Part shown: positions 40,222-52,621 of the stretch, piece after piece | Layout: each line of letters starts with the position of its first letter | Numbering within the stretch: position 1 is the stretch's first letter | NCBI RefSeq assembly: GCF_004010195.1 | Contig: NC_057728.1 | Location: 49,468,561-49,532,560, forward strand | Direction of reading: 5' to 3' | DNA length: 64,000 nucleotides | Origin: Chiloscyllium plagiosum | Lineage: Eukaryota | The notes under the pieces: model-generated | The model's database searches: none | Told to the model about the DNA's origin: nothing | What the model saw: the letters and a program-made list of their open reading frames with translations, nothing else | Made by a program: the position numbers and the translations under genes

Positions 40222-41468
40222 AGAAAGTGAGGACTGCAGATGCCGGAGATCAGAGCTGAAAATGTGTCGCTGGAAAAGCGCAGCAGGTCAGGCAGCATCT
40301 AAGGAACAGGAGAATCGACATTTCGGGCATAAGCCCTTCTTCAGGAATGAGGAAAGTGTGTCCAGCAGGCTAAGATAAAAGGTAGGGAGGAGGGACTTGG
40401 GGGAAGGAGCGTTGGAAATGCGATAGGTGGGAGGAGGTCAAGGTGAGGGTGATAGGCCGGAGTNNNNNNNNNNNNNNNNNNNNNNNNNNNNNNNNNNNNN
40501 NNNNNNNNNNNNNNNNNNNNNNNNNNNNNNNNNNNNNNNNNNNNNNNNNNNNNNNNNNNNNNNNNNNNNNNNNNNNNNNNNNNNNNNNNNNNNNNNNNNN
40601 NNNNNNNNNNNNNNNNNNNNNNNNNNNNNNNNNNNNNNNNNNNNNNNNNNNNNNNNNNNNNNNNNNNNNNNNNNNNNNNNNNNNNNNNNNNNNNNNNNNN
40701 NNNNNNNNNNNNNNNNNNNNNNNNNNNNNNNNNNNNNNNNNNNNNNNNNNNNNNNNNNNNNNNNNNNNNNNNNNNNNNNNNNNNNNNNNNNNNNNNNNNN
40801 NNNNNNNNNNNNNNNNNNNNNNNNNNNNNNNNNNNNNNNNNNNNNNNNNNNNNNNNNNNNNNNNNNNNNNNNNNNNNNNNNNNNNNNNNNNNNNNNNNNN
40901 NNNNNNNNNNNNNNNNNNNNNNNNNNNNNNNNNNNNNNNNNNNNNNNNNNNNNNNNNNNNNNNNNNNNNNNNNNNNNNNNNNNNNNNNNNNNNNNNNNNN
41001 NNNNNNNNNNNNNNNNNNNNNNNNNNNNNNNNNNNNNNNNNNNNNNNNNNNNNNNNNNNNNNNNNNNNNNNNNNNNNNNNNNNNNNNNNNNNNNNNNNNN
41101 NNNNNNNNNNNNNNNNNNNNNNNNNNNNNNNNNNNNNNNNNNNNNNNNNNNNNNNNNNNNNNNNNNNNNNNNNNNNNNNNNNNNNNNNNNNNNCCTCCCC
41201 CCACCTTGTCTCAGTCAAATCCCTCGAACTCAGCACCGCCTTCCTAACCTGCAATCTTCTTCCTGACCTCTCCGCCCTCACCTTGACCTCCTTCCACCTA
41301 TCACATTTCTGACGCCCCTCCCCCAAGTCCATCCTCCCTACCTTTTTATCTTGGCCTGCTGGACACACTTTCCTCATTCCTGAAGAAGGGCTTATGCCCG
41401 AAACATCGATTCTCCTGTTCCTTGGATGCTGCCTGACCTGCTGTGCTTTTCCAGCAACACATTTTCAG
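40222..41468. mobile_element. PLE insertion with inverted terminal repeats spanning an assembly gap
   Basis: TSD cagtatttta(c/t)tgatg at 40206-40221 and 41469-41484; arms are reverse complements; both carry ctgaagaagggcttatgcccgaaa with a mutated ACGT. Confidence 0.85.
40464..41193. other. Assembly gap (730 N)
   Basis: Run of N. Confidence 1.
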
Positions 41469-41492
41469 CAGTATTTTATTGATGTCAAACAT

Positions 41493-42249
41493 ACAACTTT
41501 CCCCTGCCACCGCAGGAACTGTAAAACCTGTGCCCACACCTCCTCCCTCACCTTCATCCAAGGCCCTAAAGGAGCCTTCCACATCCATGAAAGTTTTACC
41601 TGCACATCCACTCCTATCATTTATTGTATCCGTTGCTCCCGATGCGGTCTCCTCTGGATTGGGGAGACTGGGCGCCTCCTAGCAGAGCGCTTTAGGGAAC
41701 ATCTCCGAGACACCCGCACCAATCCACCAAACCGCCCCGTGGCCCAACATTTCAACTCCCCCTCCCACTCTGCCGAGGACATGGAGGTCCTGGGCCTCCT
41801 TCACCGCCGCTCCCTCACCACCAGACGCCTGGAGGAAGAACGCCTCATCTTCCGCCTCGGAACACTTCAACCCCAGGGCATCATTGTGGACTTCAACAGC
41901 TTCCTCGTTTCCCCTTCCCCCACCTCATCCTAGTTTCAAACTTCCAGCTCAGCACTGTCCCTTTGACTTGTCCGGACTTGTCCTACCTGTCTATCTCCTT
42001 TTCCACCTATCCACTCCACCCTCTCCTCCCTGACCTATCACCTTAATCTCCTCCCCCACTCACCCATTCTACTCTCTCCCCACCCCCACCCTCCCCGAGC
42101 TTATCTCTCCACGCTTCAGGCTCTCTGCCTTTATTCCTGATGAAGGGCTTTTGCCCGCTGCTCGTTGGATGCTGCCTGAATTGCTGTGTTCTTCCAGCAC
42201 CACTGATCCAGAATCTGGTTTCCAGCATCTGCAGTTATTGTTTTTACCA
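41493..42249 (+). mobile_element. 5'-truncated Penelope-like element with open GIY-YIG endonuclease domain (41493-41933)
   Basis: FPCHRRNCKTC..FTCTSTPIIYCIRCSRCGLLWIGETGRLLAERFREH..HFN..LEEERLIFRLGTLQPQGI; 3' repeat whose hammerhead has lost GAAAC. Confidence 0.93.
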
Positions 42250-43164
42250 TACTGTGAAAATAACTTTGTGTGGGCAGCAAGTCTAACAGTGAATCATGTT
42301 ACCTTTTAAATTTTTAATTTGATCACCACTAAGACAGTGGATTTGGTCTGAGAATGTGAAGCATGAAAGGTAAACCTTATGTTTGTACAGTCACTTATCT
42401 TTGCAGTCTTAAAACTGATAAAAGCCAGTGAATTGTAGTCATTGTTTCAGCATGGGAAATGTGGCTGCCAATTTGCTCACAGTAAGCTCCCATAAATGTG
42501 ATGAGATCGCCTGTGTTGGGCATATTGGTGTGATCATTTGACTCATCCAGCTAACAAGCAACCTCCAACATTAATTTCAATCAGTCTAAGGTGGCCATAT
42601 GATCTGATGGTGTTAATTTAGCAAGTCCACAGGTGCCATTGACTTTTTGTTTTTAAAAAGTGGTTTTGGGGTGCTGAAGGTGTTAATTCTTTTTTGGCAA
42701 GGGAAGTGGTACAGCACCATCAAAACCTCAGGAAGGTACTGTATAACTCAGGTATTAGTGTTACTTAATGCCAGAAGTCAGTGGATCGTTGGGTACTTTT
42801 TAATGTTGCAATGACATTGACATGTCATTACAAGCTGCAAGCTTCCAGGAAATCTGAACTAATATCATGTTATTGTACAGTCTGTTATTCAGCTGCTAAG
42901 TTGTATTTTGGGCAAAAAGATTTTTATTCCTCCTTTTAAAGCCACAGTGTGTAATTGTGCCTGACTTGGGTCAGCTAGAGATGAATTGCTCTGCAAATAC
43001 TCAGCTCTGTTCCAGTTCAGACTGACACCTTTTTTGCTTTTTTTTAATTTGAAGCACAAATTTGCATTTGCACCAACTGACTCAATTTCTATTTGTATCT
43101 AATTCCCTTGAGGCTTAAGCAGTCAGACTAGACCATGTATAACTGTCGTGTGTTTGTCTAACAG

Positions 43165-43296
43165 GATGGAGAAAAGGTTGAGCAGGTTCAGAGGATGGTT
43201 ACCAAGGAAACCGATGAAGTTGGACAAGGATACGTTACCAGATCTGGAGGACACAGACTGCTACACAGCTCCTTTCAGTCAGCAGAGGATTCATCA
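43165..43296 (+). CDS. ANO4: Anoctamin-4 coding exon (132 nt)
   Basis: taacag|G...CA|gtaagt; MEKRLSRFRGWLPRKPMKLDKDTLPDLEDTDCYTAPFSQQRIHH. Confidence 0.96.
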
Positions 43297-46200
43297 GTAA
43301 GTATTACCCTCCTGCATCATAGCTCAAAGCATCACAGACAGCAGATGGAACGTTCTTGCGTTCAGTTCTTCAACTACTATGGGGGCAATTTTCCAAGTAG
43401 TGATAACATCCATGATTGTGAAGATCATAGCAAAATGGCTGCTTAATACCTCCGGCCATCCCTCTGCCACCAAGAGTAAAATTTTCTTTTTGATAATCAG
43501 CCCCATTCTCAAGTCTTTTTTGACTTGTATCAGTGTCTTGGATGCAGTAACACAACAGTTTCCAGGTTTGATCATTCACATTTCATTGGACTATAGAGGG
43601 ACTTTGGAAATGCAGGATTATCAGGGAAAATAGTAACAGCACTTCAGAGGGAGTTCCAGATTCGTTCAGGATTCTTAACCATGTTATTTTGGACCTTCTT
43701 TATGAATGGTGTAATATTGTTTAAGGGTGTTGACTCAATGCTGTAATCCAAACATCTCAACTGGTATTACCTTCAGCACAAGAGATCCAATATGTCAGCA
43801 GGAGGTCTGTCATTTCTCTGGTGCAGGAGCAATTTTTACCTTTTTAACATAGCAAAACCTTTAACATTCAGACTTGAGTTGTGTGGCAAATGGTGCTCGT
43901 GCGGTACAAATGTTAACTAGTAACCCTCTCTAACAAGATTCAAACCACCTCCTTTTGACATGCAATAGCATTGCCATCACTGAATCCCTCACCATCAACT
44001 TAAATGAGCCACTATATAAATACTTTTGAGGACCAGGCTGGAAATTTTGTGACCTCTTCACCCCTATCATCTCCAAGTCAGGTTTGTGAGGGTACTTGTG
44101 TGAATGCAGCTCCAACAACACAAGCTCAACACCATCCAAGACAAAGCAACCCATTTGATTGGTACCACATCCAACACTGTTAACATTCACTCTGTTCACT
44201 GATGCTTAGTAGCAGTGAGTACTGTCTAAGAGATGCACAACAAAAACTAACCGAGGCTCTTTCCAAATCCAAGACAACTAACTGAAATGATGTGGGAATG
44301 TCAAGATCTGCAAGTTCCTCTCCAAGCCACTCCTTATCCTAACCTGGAACTGTATCACTGTTCCTTCATTGTTGCTGGGACAAAAATGTTGGAACTGTCT
44401 CCTTTTAACAGCGTGTTCAAGAGTGTGCTCACTACAATGATTCAAGAAGGCAGCTCACTACATGTTCTCAGGCAATTGGAGATGGGCAACAAATGGCGTA
44501 TTGCTGATGAGATGCTAATCCCCAAGAAACTTTAAAAATAAAAAAAATAGCTAAGTGAGGATGAATGAGTTGTGAAGATTTTTGATAGTATGTTTTTGAA
44601 AAACACAATGGCTTCCATCTTTAATTAATGAGCATCTCCACATTGATCTGTAATAGGGGATTTTGGAGCAGGTGTACACATATTGAATATATCCTTGTCT
44701 TGTGAACTACCATTAGAATCTCAGAACTGTTATGGTGCAGAAGGAGGCCATTTGGCCCATCATGTCTCCATTGGTTCTATTACCTAGTGCCCATCTCCTG
44801 CCTCTTCTCCATATCAATGCACACCATTTCTATCCAATCGAACTACATTTTCCTTAATCATTTTGTTTTCCCACCAGGAAACACTTTCAAACTCTGTAAC
44901 CAGTGGTTAGAATGAAATGTTTGTTTAAATTTTAGCCTGTGACTGGGAGATTGAACAATGGGAGTTAAATGAAACCACTACAGATGAAGCCGCTAGAATT
45001 GCTGGTGTAGAGGATGATGTGCACACACCCAAATCATCAGTAGTCATGGAAAAGCACTTAGTCTTGTGTTTGTGGACTTGGGCGCCAGTATGGGTCACTC
45101 ATCTGGCAGGTTCCTTATGTACAGTGTTCCACAGAAACTTCTGCTTCAGCCTTCCACCCGTACCTTTTCATCTTGGAAACGCCAGTTGCAAGGTCATCTA
45201 TACATAAGAAATAGGAACAGAAGTAGCTCATGTGGCTCACCTTGAACCTGCTTCACCATTGAATATGATCATGGCAGCTCATTAGCCTCAATACCATGTT
45301 CCTGCTGCTTTTCCACATTCCCTGATGTTTCTGTTTCTCAGCCTTTTGAATATATTTAATGATGATGGCTTCATAACACTCCTGGGATAGGAAATTTCAA
45401 AAGTTCCCAATCCATTTGAAGAAAACAGCTTCTCATCTCCGTTGTAAACAATTGATCCCTTATCCTCCAGTTAGGGCTAGGATTAAGACTGGTTTCCCCC
45501 ATCTTTTTAGATTCTTCAGCCAGAGGAAGCAATTTCTCAGCATCTACCCTGCCCAGACCTTTCTGAATCCATTGTTGTAACGCAATTTGCTGCTGCTTAT
45601 GCTTAACTTCAGAAAATCTCTGGAGTGACTTTATGGATGGACACTGTGTGTTAAAAAGCTGAAATTTCCTAATTGACAAGATGATGGGATAGGAAAGTAC
45701 AGGAATATGAGGGGGGAATTGAGGACTAACATATATTTAAATGGCTAACAACAGTGAGAGTTCTAATGCATTGTTTTGCCCAAAACCTCACCAAATATGG
45801 AAGTCACAGACACTAGGAGCAGTTGTAGGCTTTTCAGCCCTTTGTGACTGCTCTGTCATTCAAAAATGATTGTGACTAAATATATCTCAAAGCCATATTC
45901 CATCTTGCTCTCCATACACCTTGTTGCCACTAATACCTTTAAAATTTAATACCTCAACCCTGATTGGGAGGGGGGGGGGAGGTGTGTTTCCTCATCTCAG
46001 TCCTAAATAGCCTAAAGACCTTGATACTGACCCCTGGTTCTAGACTCCCCTACAAGAGGCAACATTCTCCTTGCAAGTCTGTCCAACCCTGTTTAAAATT
46101 TTGTAAGTTTTGATCAGATACCCGCTCATCCTCACTGTAGTACATACAGCTCCAGCTGAACCTATATTAAGCAATATGATAGTCCTGTCAGCCCCAGTAT

Positions 46201-46369
46201 TAGCCTAGTAAATCTCTGCTGCACTTCCACCATGGCAAGTATATTCCCTATTAAGTAGGGAAAGCAAAACTGCACATACCACTCCAGGTGTGGTCTCACC
46301 AAAGGCTCTTTTTAACTGCAGTATGATATCCTTGCTTCAGAACCCAGCCTCTTGTGATGAAGGCAAATA

Positions 46370-46526
46370 CAGAGAAACCTCTATTATCCAAACGTTGGAT
46401 TATCTGGCAAGATCGCAAGGTCCCGATGCTCACTTAAACTGTTGTCTGGCATTTCATTATCCGGAATTTGATTAACTGAACAAAGTACTCCCTGCCTATG
46501 TCCTTCGGATAATCGAAGTTCCTGTG
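46370..46526. mobile_element. Tigger/pogo-type MITE
   Basis: TA flanks at 46368-46369 and 46527-46528; imperfect 23-bp TIRs cagagaaacctctattatccaaa / ttcggataatcgaagttcctgtg; interrupts a CR1. Confidence 0.7.
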
Positions 46527-47030
46527 TATACCATTTCCCTTCCTAACTGCTTACTGTGCCTGTTTGTCTGCTTTCATTGACTGGTGTGCAAGGATGCCCA
46601 GATCCCTTTGTCCATGCACATTTCCCAATATATTAATGTTTCAATAATACTCTTCCTTTTTGTTTCACACCAATGAGTATAGTTATGTGATTATCCATGT
46701 CATACTGAATCTGTCATGTGTTGCGCACACACTCAACTTGTCTAAATATCCCTGCAGTCTCCTTGTATTTTCCTACCGATTTTTTAATCCCATCAGGTTT
46801 TGTTGGTAAATTGAGAATGCTGCATTTAGTTCTAATCTAGTGAATACTTGAGGTCTAAGCACAGATCCCTGTGGCATGCTAATAGTCACTGCCTCCACCT
46901 GGAAAAAGACACATTTTATTTCCACACTGTTTTCAGTCTTGAACCAATTCTCGATGATGCCAGTCTGCTCTCCTCAATCCAAGTGCTTTTAATGTGTCTC
47001 TAGTTTCTTACATGGAACCTTTTATTAAAA

Positions 47031-47238
47031 GGTAGGAGAAAGTGAGGACAGCAGATGCTGGAGATCAGTGTCGAGTGTGTGGTGCTGGAAAAGCGCAGCA
47101 GGTCAGGCAGCGTCCAAGGAGCAGGAGAATCAATGTTTTGGGCATAAGCTTGATGAAGGGCTTATGCCCAAAATGTCAATCTTCCTGCTCCTCTGATACT
47201 GCCTGATCTGTTGTGCTTTTCCAGCACCAACTCTTGAC
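47031..47238. mobile_element. Fold-back PLE derivative
   Basis: Inverted arms centred on gggcataagcttgatgaagggcttatgccc; imperfect TSD acct(t)ttat(t/c)aaaa. Confidence 0.85.
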
Positions 47239-47659
47239 ACCTTTATCAAAAACTACCTCCTGAATCCAAATGCGCTAGTTCTCCCTTACTTATTCTCCTA
47301 GTGATATCCTCAACACCTGAGCAGATTAACCTTTCCATATGCATGATATTTATATAGATGTTAATTACACTTTAAAATTGAACAGCATAATGTGGCCATA
47401 ATAGAAACCTAACTTAGCCAGTGAGAATCTGATATGTAGGAATACTATAAAATGTTTGAATCTTAAATTGATCTGGACATGAAAAGAAAACAATGAATTG
47501 TTTTCCTAAGTTTACAGAAAACTTAATTGAGTAATTTACAGTACTATTTGACCAACTTTTTAGTGAACTATTTGATGCATCAAGATATGTTCTCAAACAT
47601 CATTATTGAGACAGTGGCGCGTTGCGTTGTGCTTGACTATGTTGGACTAAAGGGAGATC

Positions 47660-48170
47660 TGCAATAGGAAAGATGTTGTGAAATTGAAAGGATGCATAAA
47701 AGATTTAAAAGTATGTTGGGTGATTGGAGATATAAGGAGAGGCTGAATAGGCTGGGGCTATTTCCCCTGAAGCATTGGAGGCTGAGGGGTGATCTTTTTT
47801 TAAGAGGTTTATAAAACCACGCGGGGCATAGATAGGGTAAATAGCCAAATTCTTTTCCCCAGGGTAAGGGAGTCCAGAACTAGAGGGGCATAGGTTTCGG
47901 ATGAGGGGGAAGATTTAAAAGGGACCTAAGGAGCAACCTTTTCACGCAGATTGTGGTACGTGTATAGAATGAACTGTCAGATGAGGTGGTGGAAACTGGT
48001 ACAATTACAACATTTAAAAGGCATCTGGATGGGTATATAAACAGGAAGGATTTAGAGGGATATGGGCCAAAAGCTGGCAAAATGGGACGAGATTGATTTA
48101 AGATATCTGGTCAGCATGAAGAAGTTGGACTGAAAGATTGATTTCCATGCTGTACACCTGTCTCTAATTG
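47660..48170 (+). mobile_element. CR1 LINE 3' end
   Basis: Colinear with about 900-1410. Confidence 0.88.
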
Positions 48171-48439
48171 TGTTTGGATAGTAATTGGTATAGAGATGGG
48201 AATAAATACTGGACCAGCCCATATCACATGTGTGAAGAAAACAAAACTTGTGCCTTTTTTCATTCATTCACATGATGTGCGTGGTATTGACCAGGCCAGC
48301 AAATATTACTTTTTATCACCTTTTGAGAAGGGGATGGTGAGCAGCCTTCTCAAGTGCTACAGTTCATGGGTTGTTCATAATAACCACTGTGCTGTTGGTC
48401 AGTGTTCTTGGATTTTGACCCAGTGACCCAGGAGGGAAG

Positions 48440-48950
48440 AATCCCACAGTGCTTTGGGGTTAGTAAAGTACTTTTACAGTGCAATAGTTGAAACATAGGA
48501 AGCACAGCAAGCTCCTACGAATGGCAACATGATAATGACCAGCTAATTTCTTTGTCACCTTGAATTGTTTGGCACACCTAGGGAGAACTCCTCTACATCA
48601 TGTCTGAGAGAAGCTGAGGGGTCTTTACTGTGTGAATAGGTAGGGCTTCAGTTTCACCGGAACAAAATACTGCAAATGCCAGAAATCTCAGATAACAAAT
48701 AGGAAACTTGGAAATGCTCAGCAGGCTTGGCAGCTTCTGTGGAGAGTGAAATTTTAACCTTTCACCTCTGACCTTTCATCTGGACTCTGTCACTCAATTG
48801 AACGTCTTATGGAAAAGATTGCGACTGTGATAGAACAATTCTGTCTCAAATCATGCTTGGTCCATACTTTAGCACTCATGCCTCTAGACATGAGCCCAGA
48901 ATTTTCTGACTCTGATGCAAGAGCATTACCCACTCAGCCATGGCTGGTGC
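48440..48950 (-). mobile_element. Deu-domain SINE interrupted by a PLE terminal fragment (about 48660-48790)
   Basis: gcacagcaagctcctacgaatggcaacatgataatgaccag and a tRNA-like head on the minus strand. Confidence 0.55.
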
Positions 48951-50079
48951 TTGCACTAGAAAGCTCTGAAAGTTGTCATGAAGTGTAACTGTAAAATTCT
49001 TGTTCAGTTGTGTAACCTCACCCCTCTGTGTCTCCACAGCCTATGCCACCCTTGAATGTCAGCATTCCTCCATCTCCCTCTGGCCTCTTGGCACATGTCC
49101 GATTTTTAATAATTGCTCTGCAATTTAATGCCAGGATAGTATCTGCTCTCTGATTCACTTGGAAAGATTTATAGCTCAGCCTGTGCATTATTTGATCAAT
49201 ATCAGTGAATGCCTGATTAGCAGTGAGACTTCCTGAACCAGCAAATATACTTTGCAATGGAAAACCTCCCAGTTTATCTCTGCAGTTAATCAATGCAAAA
49301 TTAATGTGGTTGTTCTTCCTCCATGCTGCTTTGCAAAGTGCAAATCACTGGAAAAGAGCACAAACTAATTCAGCATGTACAATTCAAAAGGGATTAATTT
49401 ATATTGTAATATTCCCTTGTTCATTTCAATTGTCCAGGAGCTAGAGTGAAGGAAAGTTTCTCTGAACTTTACTGTGATAATGCACACTGACCGCGGAGAA
49501 GGAACTGAGCTCATTTGACTCAATGTGGCTGGAAAGGTGGTGGTTTCTGTTATCAGCTATTATCCATTCCAGCAAAGTACGAAATATACAACCCTTCCTT
49601 CTAGTACCGCTGGCCAAACTTTTTTGTATCATTTCATGGCTTTGATTTGAGTGTGTCAGTAGTAATTAGTCTTGGACATATGGGATCATTATGCATGGAA
49701 CAAGATCATTTGGTCCATCATATCTGATATTCCCACTTTTTTAATCCCACTCATTTGCTCTCTTCTCAAAGCAGTCCAAACATTTCATGTTTCAATTATG
49801 TCTAGTCTCCATTTGAAAGTTGGTATCAAATCTGCTTTTGTATGCCTGAACAGTGCTTTGAGATAACAACAGCAAGTCTTGTGATTTGAGGTTCAGTGAG
49901 GCAGATGCAAATATCTTGCTCAAAATGCAGTTTGAAATCTTAGATTAGGTACTTTCTTGAATGAACTAGATTTCTTGGCTGTTAATTATTGAGAGTCTGT
50001 GTTGATCTAACTCCATTCTCCACATCTGTTGAGATTTGCTGATGTACAATCTCTATTGGCCAATGGATAGGGTTTCTTT

Positions 50080-50810
50080 CGGTTCAACTTGACCATGCTG
50101 ACCAAGTATCCCAAATTAAACTAGTCCCACTTACCTACATTTGACCCATATCCCTCATAAACATTTCCTATTCATGTACCGGTTCAAATGTCTTTTTAAA
50201 TGTTGTAACTGTGCCTGCATTACCACTACTTCTGGCAGTTTATTCCACATATGAACCACCTTATCGGTAGAAACAGTTGCCCCTCTGGTCCTTTTTTTAA
50301 TCTTTGCTCCCTCACCTTGAAGTTATGCCATCTAATTTTTTGAATTCTCCTCCTACCCTAAGTAAAAGATATTTGCTCATCACCTTATATATGCCCCTCA
50401 TGACCTTATAAACCCAAATAAGGTCACTCTTCAACCTCCTATGCTCCAGTGTGAAGAAAAATCCCAGCCTATACGGCAGCTCCTTATAACTCAAACTGTC
50501 CGTTCCCAGCACTATCCTGGTAAATACTTTTTCTGGACCATTTCCAATTTAATAATATCCTACTTATAGCAGGGCGACCAGGACTGTACACAACCCCAGA
50601 ACCAGCCTCACCAACATCCTGTATCATATCAACGTGTCCGAACTCCAATACTTAGTCGTCTGAGCAACGAAGGCAAGTGTGCTAAAAGCAGCCTTAACCA
50701 CCCTATCTACCTGTGATGCAACTTTCAATGAATTATATACTTGAACCCCTTGGGCTCTACTTGACCTGACCATAAATTGTATTAGTCCTGCCCTTGTTCG
50801 TTTTACCAAA
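50080..50810 (-). mobile_element. CR1 LINE 3' part
   Basis: GVQVYNSLKVASQVDRVVKAAF; LSYKE..TLEHRRLKSDLI. Confidence 0.88.
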
Positions 50811-52514
50811 TAGTTTGACCTGTGTCGATCACATCCTGAATTACCTATAATTGGAGTCAATTTTTAGCAGTATTTTGCACTTTACTGAAAGTGAATATTC
50901 CCATTAAAACAGATCCTGGTTAATCACAAACTGCAGGTGTGCATACCTTCATTATTCCACTGATCAGTGTTTGGGGAATTGCCAAGGGAATTGGATTTTT
51001 AGGAACCTGTTAATTGCCTGATGAATGTGGCGCAACTGTCACAAACTGACTCACATTTATAACGTAATGTGGTTGTAGTTAGCAAGATCTTATTAATGTC
51101 TTTCACAAAATTGCCAGTTCTAAATTCCTACAGTGTTTAATGTGAATGGAGGCAGTGTTCTCTAACTTGTGTGGAGAGGACCTTCTTTACATCAGTTCTA
51201 AACTCTTCTCTCATTTTTGTACCATTCCACCCTAATAGTTTGTCTTGAAACATTTATGGGGATCAGTATTTGAATCTCCAAATTTGGTCAACTTGCTTCG
51301 TCCAATCCAGATCATTTTACTGTACACTGAGTCTGTTTTATGCATCATAACAATTTGTGATTGAGAAACCGTGCTTCTAGAAATCCAGGAATCTCAACAG
51401 TCCAGCATCTACCTCTTGATCATAACCTGCTCCTTTCAATGATTTTGTTAGCTGCAGTTTTACTTTGGATGTCCATACCTTAAACATGTGCAGTATTCTT
51501 GATTTGACATCTTATTGTATCATAGAATATTCTACAGCCCCCTCAATGATTTGAGAGACTCAGGATAACAGGGTGTGCTCCTCCTGAAATTATGTTGACC
51601 ATTACTAATGAGTTCAGTTTGATCTAGAAAGTGAATTGCATCCCTTTGGCTAGCATGATTATTTTGCTAGCCGTTGATGCGACTCAAAGGTCTTTAGGCT
51701 GATCGACTATCTGAATACTGGAAGTGCTGCAGACCGCAACTTAAAATACATGGCTGGAAATGCTCAGTGGATCAGACTAACTCTGTTCCTCAGTCCACAG
51801 AGACTATGTTCCATGCTGCTGAACTCCAGTCTGAGCTCTGCAGCCTTCGCCGCTTTCTCCTCTTGTCTGTGTTTATTTTAATTTCTAATCCAGTTGGAAC
51901 ATGCCTGTGTTCATTGGCAACATCATGTAGAGTGCCTGCACTTAAAGACTCTATCCCTCCAACTCACTTACCATGACCGGGTACAAAGCATCACTTACTG
52001 AGCTGCTGGAGTTCTTTTTAACCCAGCATGGAATATTTAATGTGCACAGTTTGGTTACAAAATCTTTTGTGGTGGCTGATATACTAATGGTGTCATATTT
52101 ATTGTTGATCCCAAATCGCTTTTTGAGGGGATGGTGGTAAGCTGCCTTCCTGAACCACTTCAGTCCACATGGTGAAGACGATGCCACAGTCCTGTCCAGG
52201 GGCTTGATCCCGGGAATATAATCATTATTTGTTCATGGTCACAAGTTCCAACTGGTGGAACTTGGACAAGGAGTTTGTATTTGGATATGTTCTAATGAAT
52301 TTGTTGTCTTCTGGGGAATAACATCAGGAAATAACAAGTTTGGGTTTTATCTTTATTTCTTGGAAGATTAGGGTTGGTCTTAGTATGTTGAATTGCTTCT
52401 TCCAGGCTTCCTTAGAGCAAAACAAAATCCAACTCCACGAGAACGATATTCTTTATCTTTGCCCACGTATGCATTGAAAGTGGTGACTGCAAAATCCCTT
52501 CCATATAATTTCAG

Positions 52515-52621
52515 CTTCATTATAAACAACAAAGACACGTTCTTCAACAATGCAACGCGAAGCAGAATTCTACACCACATTTTACAAAGGGTCAAATATG
52601 AAGAGGGCAAGAACAAGATAG
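52515..52621 (+). CDS. ANO4: Anoctamin-4 coding exon (107 nt)
   Basis: tttcag|C...G|gtgagt; [36 protein letters not shown]. Confidence 0.97.

Larger units (their letters stand above)
45810..47340 (-). mobile_element. Old CR1 LINE hosting a MITE and a PLE derivative
   Basis: Reverse-strand CR1 motifs (aaaactgcacatac.actccaggtgtggtctcacc; cacagatccctgtggc); another CR1 3' fragment at about 45210-45570. Confidence 0.75.

Noticed and set aside
40341..41377. Long ORFs of 279-335 aa
   Set aside because: Artefacts of the N gap; the same applies to ORFs over 57199-57360.
41394..41933. 179-aa ORF as a standalone nuclease gene
   Set aside because: It is a chance fusion. The first about 33 codons come from the terminal repeat and TSD of a neighbouring insertion; the rest is a 5'-truncated PLE endonuclease.
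42137..42160. Active hammerhead in the 41493 element (also at 11992, 4342 and 41380)
   Set aside because: Core is deleted or mutated (GAAAC lost, GGAA, or ACGT changed to ACAT), so these are probably inactive or impaired.
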